Below, piece by piece: positions 37,328-47,406 of a DNA stretch of 64,000 nucleotides. Numbering within the stretch: position 1 is the first letter of the stretch; each line of letters opens with the position of its first letter. Made by a program: the position numbers and the translations under genes. Source of the stretch: Spirochaetia bacterium. Its GTDB lineage: Bacteria; Spirochaetota; Spirochaetia; SZUA-6; Bin103. The notes beneath the pieces were generated by a model. It saw only the letters and a list, made by a program, of their open reading frames with translations, ran no database searches and was not told the origin of the DNA. The stretch spans positions 5,664,001 through 5,728,000 of the forward strand of contig CBDBDQ010000005.1 in the NCBI GenBank assembly GCA_965203905.1, in the 5' to 3' direction.

Positions 37328-37389
37328 CGACTTGCCTACCCCATGCCTCGGACGCGCGGAGTGCGAGCACCGTCGGCGGCGGTCCCGAT

Positions 37390-37424
37390 TACGTGAGTTG
37401 CACGGCTGCCGTGCGAGTCACGTA
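37390..37424. promoter_or_regulatory. 35-bp dyad between the divergent regulators
   Basis: TACGTGAGTTGCACGGC-T-GCCGTGCGAGTCACGTA (15/17 matches). Confidence 0.55.
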
Positions 37425-37528
37425 GTTCCCGTGAAGCTCGCGAATCTGGCATGTCAACCACGTATCAGGGTAGTGAAAACCGCCCGGCCGTCAAGGTAGG
37501 TATACGTTGCGCGGGAGGGAATCAGTCG

Positions 37529-38665
37529 ATGACCGACACGCAGAACGGGCAGGGGAGTCCCAACGCTCTGGGTCCGGGGCGGTTTCTGCATCCATGGGTC
37601 ACGGAAGCGGCGCCGCGGGCGAAGTCCTGCGACGCGGGGCGAGTAAGTCAGCTCCGCCCCGGCGCAGGCCGCCGGCGTCCGCCGGTCGCAGGTGCCGGCC
37701 CGACCAGAGCGAGGTGGCTGCAACCTGACAACCGGCGTGTGCTGATCGTCGATGACGATGAGGGCATCCACGACGACTTCACCGAGATCCTGTTGCCGCG
37801 CGCGGCGAGGGCGAACGACGATCTGGCGACGGCCTTCGTGGGACGGGAGGAGCGTCAGGGCGACTTTCTGCCGGACTTCGAGTTGCTGCATGCGTGCAGC
37901 GGCGAGCAGGCGTACGAGATGGTGCGGCGGGGCCGCGAGTCGGGCCGGCCGGTGGCCGCCGCCTTCGTGGACATCGGCATGCCGCCCGGCATGAACGGTG
38001 TGGATACGATCCGGCGGATGCGGGCAGTCGATGCGGAGGTCGAGATCGTCCTCATGACCGCGTACACGGACAAGTCGCTGTCGGCGATCGTCGGCGACAT
38101 GGAGTTGCTGCACAAGCTGTTGTACCTCAGGAAGCCGTTTGCCCGCGAAGAGATCCAGCAGATCACGCTGTCGCTGGTGGAGAAGTGGAACGTGGCGCGG
38201 GAGCTGGCGGAAAAGCAGCGGCAGCTTGTCAGCAGCCACGGGTGGCTGGCGACGGTGCTGGACGCCGCCGGAGACGCGATCGCCATGTACGACGTGAGCG
38301 AGCGTCTGGTGTTCGCAAACCGCTCTTACGAAGATCTGGTGGGCGCAAGCGAAGCCGAACTGCGAGAGATGGGGCCGCAGGAGGTGGCCGCGTACGTCCG
38401 GCAACGGCTCCGGGAGCTGCGCCTGGATGATGCCGGACGTGGGTTCTTCATCGTCGTCGTCGACGGCGCGGTAGAGCCGGTCGGTGTGCAGACGATGCCG
38501 GAGCAACGCCTGTTCCAGCGCTCGCAGACGCCGGTGCGCGACGAGCGGAGAAGCGTGATCGGCGACCTGTACGCGTACCGGGACGTGTCCGCGGCGATCG
38601 AGGCGGAGCGGATGAAGGCGGAGGTGGTGCGCCTGCGCGGCGAACTGGTGACCGCCGATGGGTGA
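37529..38665 (+). CDS. Response regulator receiver plus PAS domain, no output domain
   Basis: VLIVDDD, FVDIGMPPGMNG, MTAY, LRKPF, then PAS (DAIAMYD..LVFAN...YRDVS). Confidence 0.8.
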   Translation: MTDTQNGQGSPNALGPGRFLHPWVTEAAPRAKSCDAGRVSQLRPGAGRRRPPVAGAGPTRARWLQPDNRRVLIVDDDEGIHDDFTEILLPRAARANDDLATAFVGREERQGDFLPDFELLHACSGEQAYEMVRRGRESGRPVAAAFVDIGMPPGMNGVDTIRRMRAVDAEVEIVLMTAYTDKSLSAIVGDMELLHKLLYLRKPFAREEIQQITLSLVEKWNVARELAEKQRQLVSSHGWLATVLDAAGDAIAMYDVSERLVFANRSYEDLVGASEAELREMGPQEVAAYVRQRLRELRLDDAGRGFFIVVVDGAVEPVGVQTMPEQRLFQRSQTPVRDERRSVIGDLYAYRDVSAAIEAERMKAEVVRLRGELVTADG

Positions 38666-38808
38666 CGGCACAACGGGCTGAGCCGCGCTGCATGTTCAAC
38701 GTGGCGCGTCGTTCCAGAAGGCGGGACCGGCTCGTGCTCGCGGTATCTCCCACACCTGGCGGCTCTCGCGCGTTGTGCAACTCGGTCTGATGCAACCGGT
38801 TACCTAAA

Positions 38809-38833
38809 GGAGGCGGCGTGTAACGCCGCCTCC
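38809..38833 (-). terminator. Intrinsic terminator of the ABC operon
   Basis: GGAGGCGGCGT-GTA-ACGCCGCCTCC followed by TTT on the minus strand. Confidence 0.7.
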
Positions 38834-38861
38834 CGCGATCGAATTGGAGTGAACGCTCGCT

Positions 38862-40520
38862 TTACAGCGGGCGGACCGGGTGGCCGGTGCCGCGGTCGTG
38901 GGGGCGCGGCGTGACGCCGCCGGTGCCTTCCAGGAACTTGTCCAGGTTCTCCTGCCAGATCTCCATCAGCCGCGGCAGGCCGATCGAGTTCAGGTCCTCC
39001 TGGAACTGGTCCCACTCCTCGTCGGCACCGCCCTCGGTGATCCACCGGGCGAGGGTCTTCTTCACCAGCGCCTGAATGTCAGGCAGCATCGCCTGCTCCT
39101 CGTTGATCTGCGCCGAGGAAAGCATCGGGCGCGGCCAGTACATCTCCGGCCACTGGTCGGAATAGGTGTCGTACTTCACCGTGCCGCACATCTCCGCGGC
39201 CTCGAAGATGAACATGTTCAGGTACATGTCGTTGTCGATCGAGGTGATGAACCCGGGTCCGATCGTCTCCAGGTCACGCCACTCCGACAGCCCGAGGCCC
39301 TCCGGGGTCGGCGCCACGCCGTAGGTGCCGTCTTCGTTCTCGATCACGCGTACGCCGAGCGGCCCCTCCATGGTGGTGAGGCTGTTGAGCGGATCGTACC
39401 AGTAGTCGATCCAGCGCATCACCACCTCGGGGTGCTCGGTGGCGGCGGTGATCGGCGCGATTCCGCGATCCCAGGAGAAGCGGTAGTTGGCCTTCGGCTC
39501 GTAGCCGGGTGCCTTCAGCGCCGGCAGGTACTCCCAGTCCAGCCAGCGGGTGGTGTCCACGCTGTTCTGCGCCCACCAGTCGTTGAAGCTGAACAGTTGG
39601 TCCTGCTTGAACTTGGCAACGTATCCGCTCCAATCGTGGGAAAACACCTCCGGATCGATCAGTCCCGCCTCCCACAGCCGGTGCAGGTACTTCGCCGTGT
39701 CCTTGAAGCCCTCCTGCGTCGGCGCGTAGACTACGTTTCCGTCCTCCACCATCATCAGGTCGCGGCTGTCACCGAAGCCTTCCTCCACCGGCAGGCCGTG
39801 CGCCCAGAAAAAGGTGCTCATGCCCTGAGCACAGTTGCCGAAGTTGAACGACAGCGGGATCTCGTCCGCCTCGCCGTTGCCGTTCAGGTCGCCGGCGTTC
39901 TTTACCGCCATCAGCAGCTCGTAGTACTCCTCGGTGGTGGTCGGCACCTCGGCGCCGAGCTCATCCAGCCACGGCTTGTTCAGGTAGGTCAGCGGACACG
40001 TGGTGGTCCAGCTTCCCTCGTTGAGCTTGAACAGCGCGTAGATGTTGCCGTCGGACGCGGTAATGAACGGACGCAGCGTGGGTTTCTTGTCGAATATCGC
40101 GGTCACGTTGGGAGCGAACTGGTCGATCAGGTCGTTCATCGGCAGGAACGCGCCCGCCTCGCCGTTGCTGACCACGTTGAAGTCGCTCAACGGCGCCCCA
40201 AACGTGTCCGGCAGGTCCCCCGCCGCCAGCATCAGGTTGGTGCGCTCGACCCATGCATCGCCGGGCACCGCGATCCAGTCGACGTCGACCCCGGTAATCT
40301 CGCGCGCCTGCTCCGGCACCATCATCTCGGAGGGATCCTTGACGTGGCTGGCCCATTTCTGCCACACCACGCTGATGGTTACCGGCTCGTCGACAATCGG
40401 GTAGCCGGTGGCGTTGAAGCCGGCGGCTTCGGCGGCGGCCGCCTCCTCCTCACCCGAGGCAAAAGCCGCGGCGGTCACCGCCAGCAACAGGCCGGCGGAC
40501 AAGGCGAACATTCGTAGCAT
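38862..40520 (-). CDS. Carbohydrate ABC substrate-binding protein
   Basis: AFASGEEE leader, GYPIVDEPVT, DGNIYAL, DLNGNGEADEIP. Confidence 0.92.
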   Translation of the reverse strand: MLRMFALSAGLLLAVTAAAFASGEEEAAAAEAAGFNATGYPIVDEPVTISVVWQKWASHVKDPSEMMVPEQAREITGVDVDWIAVPGDAWVERTNLMLAAGDLPDTFGAPLSDFNVVSNGEAGAFLPMNDLIDQFAPNVTAIFDKKPTLRPFITASDGNIYALFKLNEGSWTTTCPLTYLNKPWLDELGAEVPTTTEEYYELLMAVKNAGDLNGNGEADEIPLSFNFGNCAQGMSTFFWAHGLPVEEGFGDSRDLMMVEDGNVVYAPTQEGFKDTAKYLHRLWEAGLIDPEVFSHDWSGYVAKFKQDQLFSFNDWWAQNSVDTTRWLDWEYLPALKAPGYEPKANYRFSWDRGIAPITAATEHPEVVMRWIDYWYDPLNSLTTMEGPLGVRVIENEDGTYGVAPTPEGLGLSEWRDLETIGPGFITSIDNDMYLNMFIFEAAEMCGTVKYDTYSDQWPEMYWPRPMLSSAQINEEQAMLPDIQALVKKTLARWITEGGADEEWDQFQEDLNSIGLPRLMEIWQENLDKFLEGTGGVTPRPHDRGTGHPVRPL

Positions 40521-40583
40521 TGGTTCCTCCTCTGCTCTTTCGGTTCGGATGCTCCGATCCTAACAGGGCTCCGATCCCCTAAG

Positions 40584-41552
40584 CTACCCTTTCAGAGATC
40601 CGATCATCACCCCGGTCATGAAGTAGCGCTGCAGGAACGGGTACAGCAGCAGGATCGGCGCCGAGGCGACCACGATGGCGGAAAACTTGATCAGCTCGGC
40701 CAGCATCTGGATCTCCGCGAACTCGCGCGGGTCGCCGGTGAACATCATCTCCGAGAGGCGGGCGCGCAGCAGGATGTCGCGCAGCACCATCTGCAGCGGG
40801 TACTTGTCGGGATCGTTGAGGAAGATCAGCGCCTCGAAGAAGGCGTTCCAGTGGAACACGCCGTAGAACAGCACCTCCACGGCGATGATCGCGGGCGAGA
40901 TCGGCAGCACGATCTGAAAGAAGAAGCGGGCCGTGCCACAGCCGTCCACACGCGCCGCCTCCAGCAGCTCGTCGGGAATGGTGGTGGCGAAGAAGGTGCG
41001 TGCGATGATCAGGTTGACCACGTTGACCGCGGTGGGCAGCACCATGGCGCCGAGGGTGTCGAGCAGCCCAAGGTTGCGCACCACCAGGTAGAGCGGGATC
41101 AGGCCGCCGTTGAACAGCATGGTGAACACGATGAATCCGGTAATCAGGTTGCGGCCCTTGAAGTCGCGCCGCGACAGGGCGTAGCCGGCGAGCACGGTGA
41201 GGGTGACGTTGAGCGCCGTGCCGACCCCGGTGTAGATGAAGGTGTTGCGGTAGCCGATGAGGATGTTGGGATCGCGAAACACCCGGGTATAGCCCTGCAG
41301 GGTGATCCCGCGCGGGTACCAGGTCACCTTGCCGGTGCTTACCAGGCTCGGTTCGCTGATCGAGGAGATCAGCACGAAGTAGAGCGGGTACACCAGTGAC
41401 ACCAACACCAGCGCCAGGATGGCCAGGTTGACGGCGTCGAACACCCGGTCGGGGGCGCTCGGCTGCGTCCGACCGCGGCGCCGCGGGGCGCTCTCCAGGA
41501 CGTGGTCGAGCGCCTGCCCGGCGCCGCCGCTGCTCAGCTCGCGGTCTGCCAT
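40584..41552 (-). CDS. Carbohydrate ABC permease (LplC-like)
   Basis: FNGGLIPLY, ELLEAARVDG, YPFLQRYF; ATG 41552. Confidence 0.92.
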   Translation of the reverse strand: MADRELSSGGAGQALDHVLESAPRRRGRTQPSAPDRVFDAVNLAILALVLVSLVYPLYFVLISSISEPSLVSTGKVTWYPRGITLQGYTRVFRDPNILIGYRNTFIYTGVGTALNVTLTVLAGYALSRRDFKGRNLITGFIVFTMLFNGGLIPLYLVVRNLGLLDTLGAMVLPTAVNVVNLIIARTFFATTIPDELLEAARVDGCGTARFFFQIVLPISPAIIAVEVLFYGVFHWNAFFEALIFLNDPDKYPLQMVLRDILLRARLSEMMFTGDPREFAEIQMLAELIKFSAIVVASAPILLLYPFLQRYFMTGVMIGSLKG

Positions 41553-41571
41553 CGTGCCCCTGCCCCTGCGC

Positions 41572-42537
41572 CTACCACAGGCTGTTGCCGGTGACCCGCT
41601 TGGAAACCTGGTTGACAAGCAGAATCAGCGCCAGGTTGATCACCGCGTTGAACAGCCCGACCGCCGCCGAGAAGCTGAACTGCGCCGCGAGCAGCCCCTG
41701 CTTGTAGACGTAGGTGGGGATGATCTCCGAGGCATCCATGTTGAGCTCGGTCTGCATCAGGAACGCCTTCTGGAAGCCGATGTCCATGAGCCGCCCGACG
41801 CGCAGTATCAACAGCACCACGGCGGTGGGCACGATGCCGGGGATGTCGATGTGGATGATGCGCTGCAGCTTGGTGGCGCCGTCGACGATCGCGGCTTCGT
41901 GCAGCTCCGGGTTGATGGTGCTGAGCACCGCCAGGTAGATGATGGCCGCGAAGCCGCTCTCCTTCCAGATCTCGGTGCCCACGTAGACGTGCCGGAACCA
42001 GGCGGCGCTGCCCATGAAGTCGGTCGCACCACCGCCGAAGAACATGATCAGGCGGTTGACCACGCCGTTGGTGGGCGACAGGAACAGGAAGATCATGCCG
42101 ATGAACACCACCATCGAGATGAAGTAAGGGACGTAGGAGGCGGTCTGCAGGGTCTTGCGCAGCAGCGGGTAGTCGACCTGGTTGACCATCAGCGCGAAGG
42201 CGATCGGCACCGGGAACGCCGCCACCAGCACGTACACGCTGATCAGGATGGTGTTGCGAATCAGCAGCTCGAAGAAGTAGGAGTTGAAGAACCGTTCGAA
42301 GTGGGCGAAGCCGGCCCAGGGGCTGCCCAGGATGCCCTTGATCGGGGTGAAGTGCTTGAACGCGATGGTGGCCCCGTACATCGGCCAGTAGTGGAAAATC
42401 ACGAAGTAGAGGACGGTCGGCAGCACGAACAGGTACAGCACCCAGTTCTCGCGCAGGTAGCGCACCATCGTGTGCCCCCGTGTTGCCGTAGTCTGGAAGT
42501 CCTGGCCGGCAGGCGATTGCTGGATATCGGTTGCCAT
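41572..42537 (-). CDS. Carbohydrate ABC permease (LplB-like)
   Basis: GSPWAG, PYFISMVV, LHEAAIVDGA; ATG 42537. Confidence 0.92.
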   Translation of the reverse strand: MATDIQQSPAGQDFQTTATRGHTMVRYLRENWVLYLFVLPTVLYFVIFHYWPMYGATIAFKHFTPIKGILGSPWAGFAHFERFFNSYFFELLIRNTILISVYVLVAAFPVPIAFALMVNQVDYPLLRKTLQTASYVPYFISMVVFIGMIFLFLSPTNGVVNRLIMFFGGGATDFMGSAAWFRHVYVGTEIWKESGFAAIIYLAVLSTINPELHEAAIVDGATKLQRIIHIDIPGIVPTAVVLLILRVGRLMDIGFQKAFLMQTELNMDASEIIPTYVYKQGLLAAQFSFSAAVGLFNAVINLALILLVNQVSKRVTGNSLW

Positions 42538-42566
42538 CGTGTTCCGCTCAGCCACGCTCGGCCGTG

Positions 42567-42595
42567 ACGCTAGCACGGGTCCGGTCAGCGGTCAA
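42567..42595 (-). promoter_or_regulatory. Promoter TTGACC-N17-TAGCGT for the ABC operon
   Basis: Consensus match and spacing. Confidence 0.55.
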
Positions 42596-42633
42596 CCATT
42601 CTGACCGAACCGCCTGAGGCTCCTCCGCGTGAT

Positions 42634-42662
42634 TTGAAAACGTTTGTCGTTTTGGTTAACAT
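42634..42662 (+). promoter_or_regulatory. Promoter TTGAAA-N17-TAACAT for the PIN pair
   Basis: Consensus match and spacing. Confidence 0.55.
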
Positions 42663-42683
42663 AAAGACACAGAGACCCCACGG

Positions 42684-43199
42684 ATGATCGTAGCCGACGC
42701 TTCTCCCTTGATTGCCCTTGCCAAGCTTGCGCGCATGACCCTTTTGAGGGATCTGTACGGCGAGGTGATCATCGGATCTACGGTCGAGGCGGAAACGGTC
42801 ACCGCCGGCCGAGCTGTTCGCGCTCTTGGCGTGGAGCAGATCGAGGCCGCCCTGGCAGACGGCTGGTTGCAGACGACGCATTTGAGTGCGCACGAGGACA
42901 GCCTGATGCAACGCTTCGTGATCCATTCGCGTTTGGACCGCGGCGAGGCCGAGTCGATCGCCCTCGCGACCGCACGAGGCCTGCCGCTCATCGTGGACGA
43001 CAAGGAGGCGCGCGCGGTAGCCTCCGCGGCAAGCGTCGCGCATGTCGGTACGGCCGGGGTGCTGCTGGAAGCGTGTTTGCGGCGGCGCCTTGAATTGGGA
43101 GAGTTGGAGGCCATCATTCGGGATCTCACTCGGATCCTGTGGCTGTCTCCGGCGGTCGTGGCCGAAGTACTGAGACTCGCGCGGGAGGCAAGACCATGA
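42684..43199 (+). CDS. DUF3368 PIN-domain protein
   Basis: IVADASPLIAL, LDRGEAESIALA, IVDDKEAR, GTAGVL. Confidence 0.88.
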   Translation: MIVADASPLIALAKLARMTLLRDLYGEVIIGSTVEAETVTAGRAVRALGVEQIEAALADGWLQTTHLSAHEDSLMQRFVIHSRLDRGEAESIALATARGLPLIVDDKEARAVASAASVAHVGTAGVLLEACLRRRLELGELEAIIRDLTRILWLSPAVVAEVLRLAREARP

Positions 43200-43516
43200 A
43201 GAACGACCAGATGGTAGGCACCCGGCTCCCGATGGACCTGGTCCGGGAACTGGAGCTGATCGAGGGTGTCGAGCAATCCGACCGCTCAACCACGGTGCGC
43301 CGGTTGCTTTCGAACGCGATCGGACAGTGGAAGCTTGATCACTACGCCCGGCTCTATGGCGAGGGAAAGCTTACCTTGGCACGAGCAGCGCGCGAGGCCG
43401 ACGTTTCCCTGTGGGAGATGATGGAGCACACACGGGCCAGCAAAATAGCCGTCCAATACGGCCTCGAGGACCTTCAGCAGGACCTGAGTATCATTCGACG
43501 CGGCTTGCAACGATGA
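43196..43516 (+). CDS. UPF0175 family antitoxin-like protein with N-terminal RHH
   Basis: VGTRLP..DRSTTVRRL; LYGEGKLTLARAAREA; ATGA coupling. Confidence 0.8.
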   Translation: MKNDQMVGTRLPMDLVRELELIEGVEQSDRSTTVRRLLSNAIGQWKLDHYARLYGEGKLTLARAAREADVSLWEMMEHTRASKIAVQYGLEDLQQDLSIIRRGLQR

Positions 43517-43663
43517 TCTGACCGGTCGCTACGGCGGCGGAGTGCGTTGCCAGGGATCGCCGGTGCGTTGCTGCCAGCGCGCGCCAGGTCGCAGACGTGG
43601 CGCAACGGCTGCCTGGTGGGCGGCGGTTGACACGGGTGCATGGCAGTAGCGACGGTATGTGCC

Positions 43664-44698
43664 ATGAGTGAGACCGCGCCGGAGCCCGGCGGCGCCGCCT
43701 GGCATGCCCAGGTGGAGGAACCGGTGATCGATGCCGAGCAGCCGCTGATCGATCCCCATCACCACTTCTGGCTGCCGGAGCACGACTCGCCCTGGGGCAG
43801 CTACGAGCTGGACGACCTCTGGGCCGACACCGGCTCCGGCCACCGGGTGGTCAAGACGGTGTTCATCGAGTGCCATGCCCACTACCGCACCACCGGGCCG
43901 GAGCATCTGCGACCGGTGGGCGAGACGGAGTGGGTGGCGGGCATCGCCCGGGAGAGCGCCGCCGGCAGCGCCGGGCAGGCCGCGGTGGGCGGCATCGTCA
44001 GCTTCGCCGACCTGCGCCTGGGGGAGCGCCTGGGCGAGGTGCTCGACGCGCACGAGGAAGCGGGCGCCGGCCTGTTCCGCGGCATCCGCCACGCCGGTGC
44101 GCGCCACCCGCAGCCGGATGCGTCGTACCGCACCCCCGCGCGGGGGGCACCCGCGGGCCTGTTCCTGGACAGCGCCTTCCAGGAGGGAGTACGGCTGCTG
44201 GGCCGGCGTGGCTACACCTACGAGAGCTGGCACTACCATACCCAGCAGCGCGACTACCGGGAGCTGGCGTTGGCGGCGCCCGATGCCACCATAGTCGTCG
44301 ACCATCTCGGCTACCCGCTCGGCACCGGCCCGTTCGCCGGCCGCCTCGACGAGGTGTTCGCCGCCTGGAAGCCCGTTATCGCCGCGCTGGCCGAGTGCCG
44401 CAACGTGTTCTGCAAGCTGGGCGGCCTGGCGCAGCCCGACAACGGCTTCGCCCTGCACACCGCCGCGCGACCGCCCACCTCCGACGAGCTGGTGGCCCTG
44501 CAGGGGCACTGGTACCGGCACGCCATCGAGTGCTTCGGACCCGAGCGCTGCCTGTTCGAGAGCAATTTCCCGGTGGACAAGGTGTCGGTCTCCTACCGCG
44601 TGCTGTGGAACGCCTTCAAGAAGCTGGTGGCCGAGTTCAGCGCCGACGAACGGCACGCGATGCTCTACGGCACCGCCGCCCGCATCTACCGCCTGTAG
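43664..44698 (+). CDS. Amidohydrolase_2 family protein
   Basis: IDPHHHFW, FRGIRH, VVDHLG, FGPERCLFESNFPVD. Confidence 0.9.
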   Translation: MSETAPEPGGAAWHAQVEEPVIDAEQPLIDPHHHFWLPEHDSPWGSYELDDLWADTGSGHRVVKTVFIECHAHYRTTGPEHLRPVGETEWVAGIARESAAGSAGQAAVGGIVSFADLRLGERLGEVLDAHEEAGAGLFRGIRHAGARHPQPDASYRTPARGAPAGLFLDSAFQEGVRLLGRRGYTYESWHYHTQQRDYRELALAAPDATIVVDHLGYPLGTGPFAGRLDEVFAAWKPVIAALAECRNVFCKLGGLAQPDNGFALHTAARPPTSDELVALQGHWYRHAIECFGPERCLFESNFPVDKVSVSYRVLWNAFKKLVAEFSADERHAMLYGTAARIYRL

Positions 44699-44754
44699 CG
44701 CCACGCGCCGTACTCGCCGCCGGCGCTGACCCTGCCGTCAAGGTCATGTGCCCG

Positions 44755-45573
44755 TCAGCTCTCGGTGTAGGTGGCGGTGGCTTCGCGGAACTCGGTCATC
44801 GGGCACCGCGGCGGCGTGCCGACCGGGTTGTGCCGCCAGCGGTCGGTGCCGCGTGCCCAGAACGCCTGGAACATCGGCCACTCGCGCAGGTCGCAGCGCA
44901 CTTCGCCCGCCGAGTAGCGCATCGTCAGCCCGCAGCGCAGCCGGTTCGAACGGTTGGGTTGAGAGCCGTGTACGATACGATCGTCGTGGAGGCTCATCTC
45001 GCCGGCGGCCAACTCCAGGAACACCGCCTCGCGCGGGTCGACCTGGCCGGCTTCGAGTTGCAGCGGCAGCACTGCCTTGCGGTCGTGCAGCGCGCCGTGC
45101 TGCAAGTGCCCCAGGGTGTGGGAGCCGGGAATCACCTGCATTGCCCCGTTGTCCCGGTCGGAGTCGGCGAACGCCAGCCAGGCGGTCACCGAACGGTGCG
45201 GCCGCAGCGGCCAGTAGAAGGCGTCCTGGTGCCAGGGGGTGAGCTTGCCGTCGCCGGGATCCTTGGCGAAGAACTGGGTGCCCCACAGGTAGAAGTCGGG
45301 CCCGAGCAACGACTCTACCCGGTCCAGAATCGCGGCGGCGGTGCACAGCTCGTACAGCTCGCGGTCGAATATGTGCCACCAGTCCATCTGCTGGGTCGAC
45401 GCACCCGCCGGCAGCAGCGCGCGCAGCCGCCGGAACAGCCGCCCCAGGCCCCCGGTCTCGGCCGCCGGCACTACCGGCACCGGGCACAGGTAGCCGCGAT
45501 CGTGGTACTGGCTCACCTGCGCCGCGCTGAGGGCGGTGGAGCGCGGCAGGCTGATTGCCTTCGATTCACTCAT
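44755..45573 (-). CDS. PhyH family Fe(II)/2OG oxygenase
   Basis: PWHQDAFYW, VIPGSH, SLHD..IVHGS.PN...RCG. Confidence 0.9.
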   Translation of the reverse strand: MSESKAISLPRSTALSAAQVSQYHDRGYLCPVPVVPAAETGGLGRLFRRLRALLPAGASTQQMDWWHIFDRELYELCTAAAILDRVESLLGPDFYLWGTQFFAKDPGDGKLTPWHQDAFYWPLRPHRSVTAWLAFADSDRDNGAMQVIPGSHTLGHLQHGALHDRKAVLPLQLEAGQVDPREAVFLELAAGEMSLHDDRIVHGSQPNRSNRLRCGLTMRYSAGEVRCDLREWPMFQAFWARGTDRWRHNPVGTPPRCPMTEFREATATYTES

Positions 45574-45695
45574 CGGTAGACGCTCCCGGCACTCGCCGTG
45601 GTCCCCGTCATGCTACCGCGCCACGGCCGAATACGCAAACCAACACGCAGCGCCACTGGTCCGCGACGTGCGGCTCCGCTATACTCGGATGTCGC

Positions 45696-46529
45696 ATGGA
45701 CTCGCCAACCTTCAACGCCGGTCACTCCGCGCCCGACCCGCAAGCCGGTGAGCCCGCGGCGAAGCCGGACCGGACGCCGGCCGGGGTACTCGCGCCGCCC
45801 ATCCTGGGCATGCCCCATGCCACCGCAGTCGCTGGGCCGGCCGGTGCCGCTACGCGGTCCGCGGCGCTCGGCGTCGACGTCGAAACCCTGGTGACCGAGG
45901 ATGATACGCCGGTGGACAACATGCCCTCCGAGAAGCAGCAACGGCTGCTCACCGAGCCGCTGTACAGTTCCTGGTCGGGGCCGGGAGCCGGGCGCACGTT
46001 TCTGGCGGCGGCCAACGTGGGGGTGTTCCCGGAGCCGCGCAACCCGGCGATCGTGCCGGACGTGTTCGTGAGCCTGGACGTGCAGGTGCACGAGAATTTC
46101 TGGGACAAGGCGCACCGGTCGTACTTCGTGTGGGAGTTCGGCAAGCCACCGGAACTGGTGGTGGAGATCGTGTCGAACCAGAAGGGCAACGAGGTGGGGC
46201 GCAAGCGGCAGCGGTACGCGGAGATGGGAGTCGGGTACTACGTGATCCACGATCCGCTGCATCAGGTGATGGACGATGAACTGCGCATCTACCGGTTGAG
46301 GAGTGGGAGCTACAAGCGCCGGGAGTCGCACTTGTTTCCTGAGTTGCGGTTGGGTCTGACGCTGTGGGACGGGGTGTTCGAGGCGGTACGGCACCGGTGG
46401 TTGCGCTGGGTGGACGAGCACGGCGCGTTGATTCCGACGGGTCGGGAGCGTGCCGATGAGCAATACCGGCGCGCCGAGCGCTTGGCGGCGCTGCTGCGGC
46501 GATCGGGCATCGACCCCGAGCAGGAGTGA
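45696..46529 (+). CDS. Uma2 (DUF820) family endonuclease
   Basis: TEDDTPVDN, VPDVFVSL, GKPPELVVEIVS, YYVIHDP, coiled tail RAERLAA; start uncertain. Confidence 0.88.
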   Translation: MDSPTFNAGHSAPDPQAGEPAAKPDRTPAGVLAPPILGMPHATAVAGPAGAATRSAALGVDVETLVTEDDTPVDNMPSEKQQRLLTEPLYSSWSGPGAGRTFLAAANVGVFPEPRNPAIVPDVFVSLDVQVHENFWDKAHRSYFVWEFGKPPELVVEIVSNQKGNEVGRKRQRYAEMGVGYYVIHDPLHQVMDDELRIYRLRSGSYKRRESHLFPELRLGLTLWDGVFEAVRHRWLRWVDEHGALIPTGRERADEQYRRAERLAALLRRSGIDPEQE

Positions 46530-46581
46530 GTACGCCGGTGCGGCAGCCGGAGGATTCCCGCACCCCGGCGGGAGACTCTTC

Positions 46582-47406
46582 ATGACCGACGACGAAAAAT
46601 ACCTGTTCGACCTCAACGGCTACCTGGTGGTGCGTGACGCGCTGTCGCCCGAGGATATCGCTCTGGCCAACGCCGCCATCGACCGGCACGCTGGCGAGAT
46701 CCGCGAGCGGGTCGGAGAGGACTCGCTCTCCGGCGGCTCGGCGGCGCTGCGGGGCAGCACCGGCCGCGGCGACCTGGCGGGGGCGCTGATGTGGGAGGAC
46801 CCGTACGGGCGCCCGTTTCGCGACATGCTGGTGAATCGCAAGGTCGTGCCCTACCTGCACGAGCTGCTCGGTCCCGGCTTCCGGCTCGATCATAACCTCG
46901 GCATCCTCACCATGCGCAGGGGCGCGGAGGGGCACGTCCTGCACGGCTCCTCCGGTCCCGGCTTCGACCGCCATCAGTACTACATCGTACGCGACGGCAA
47001 GATGCACAACGGCCTCACGGTGGTCGCCTTCCAGCTCACCGACATCAACCCCGGCGACGGCGGCCTGTGCCTGGTTCCCGGCAGCCACAAGGGCAACTTC
47101 CCCTGCCCCGCCGCCCTGCGCCGCGGCGAGGCGCACCAGGAATTCGTCAAGCAGATCACCTGCAGGGCCGGGGACTGCGTCATCTTCACCGAGGCGGTCA
47201 CCCACGGCTCGCTGCCGTGGACCGCCGCCCACCAGCGCCGTACCGCCCTGTTCCGTTTCTCCCCCGGCAACCTGGCCTACGTCCCCCACGCCTGGCCGGC
47301 GGAGATGCTGGCCCTGATGACCCCCGAGCAGCGCCTGGTGATGGAGCCCCCCTACCACTCGCGCCTGGACCGCCCCGTGCTGGAGCTGGACAGCCGCCGC
47401 GCGTGA
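46582..47406 (+). CDS. PhyH-fold oxygenase with HxS motif
   Basis: YLFDLNGYLVV, LHGS, LVPGSHK, FTEAVTHG..RRT. Confidence 0.88.
   Translation: MTDDEKYLFDLNGYLVVRDALSPEDIALANAAIDRHAGEIRERVGEDSLSGGSAALRGSTGRGDLAGALMWEDPYGRPFRDMLVNRKVVPYLHELLGPGFRLDHNLGILTMRRGAEGHVLHGSSGPGFDRHQYYIVRDGKMHNGLTVVAFQLTDINPGDGGLCLVPGSHKGNFPCPAALRRGEAHQEFVKQITCRAGDCVIFTEAVTHGSLPWTAAHQRRTALFRFSPGNLAYVPHAWPAEMLALMTPEQRLVMEPPYHSRLDRPVLELDSRRA

Noticed and set aside
40551-40577. GCTCCGATCC direct repeat (two copies) between the permease and SBP genes
   Set aside because: Only 10 bp and two copies, too little to assign a function.
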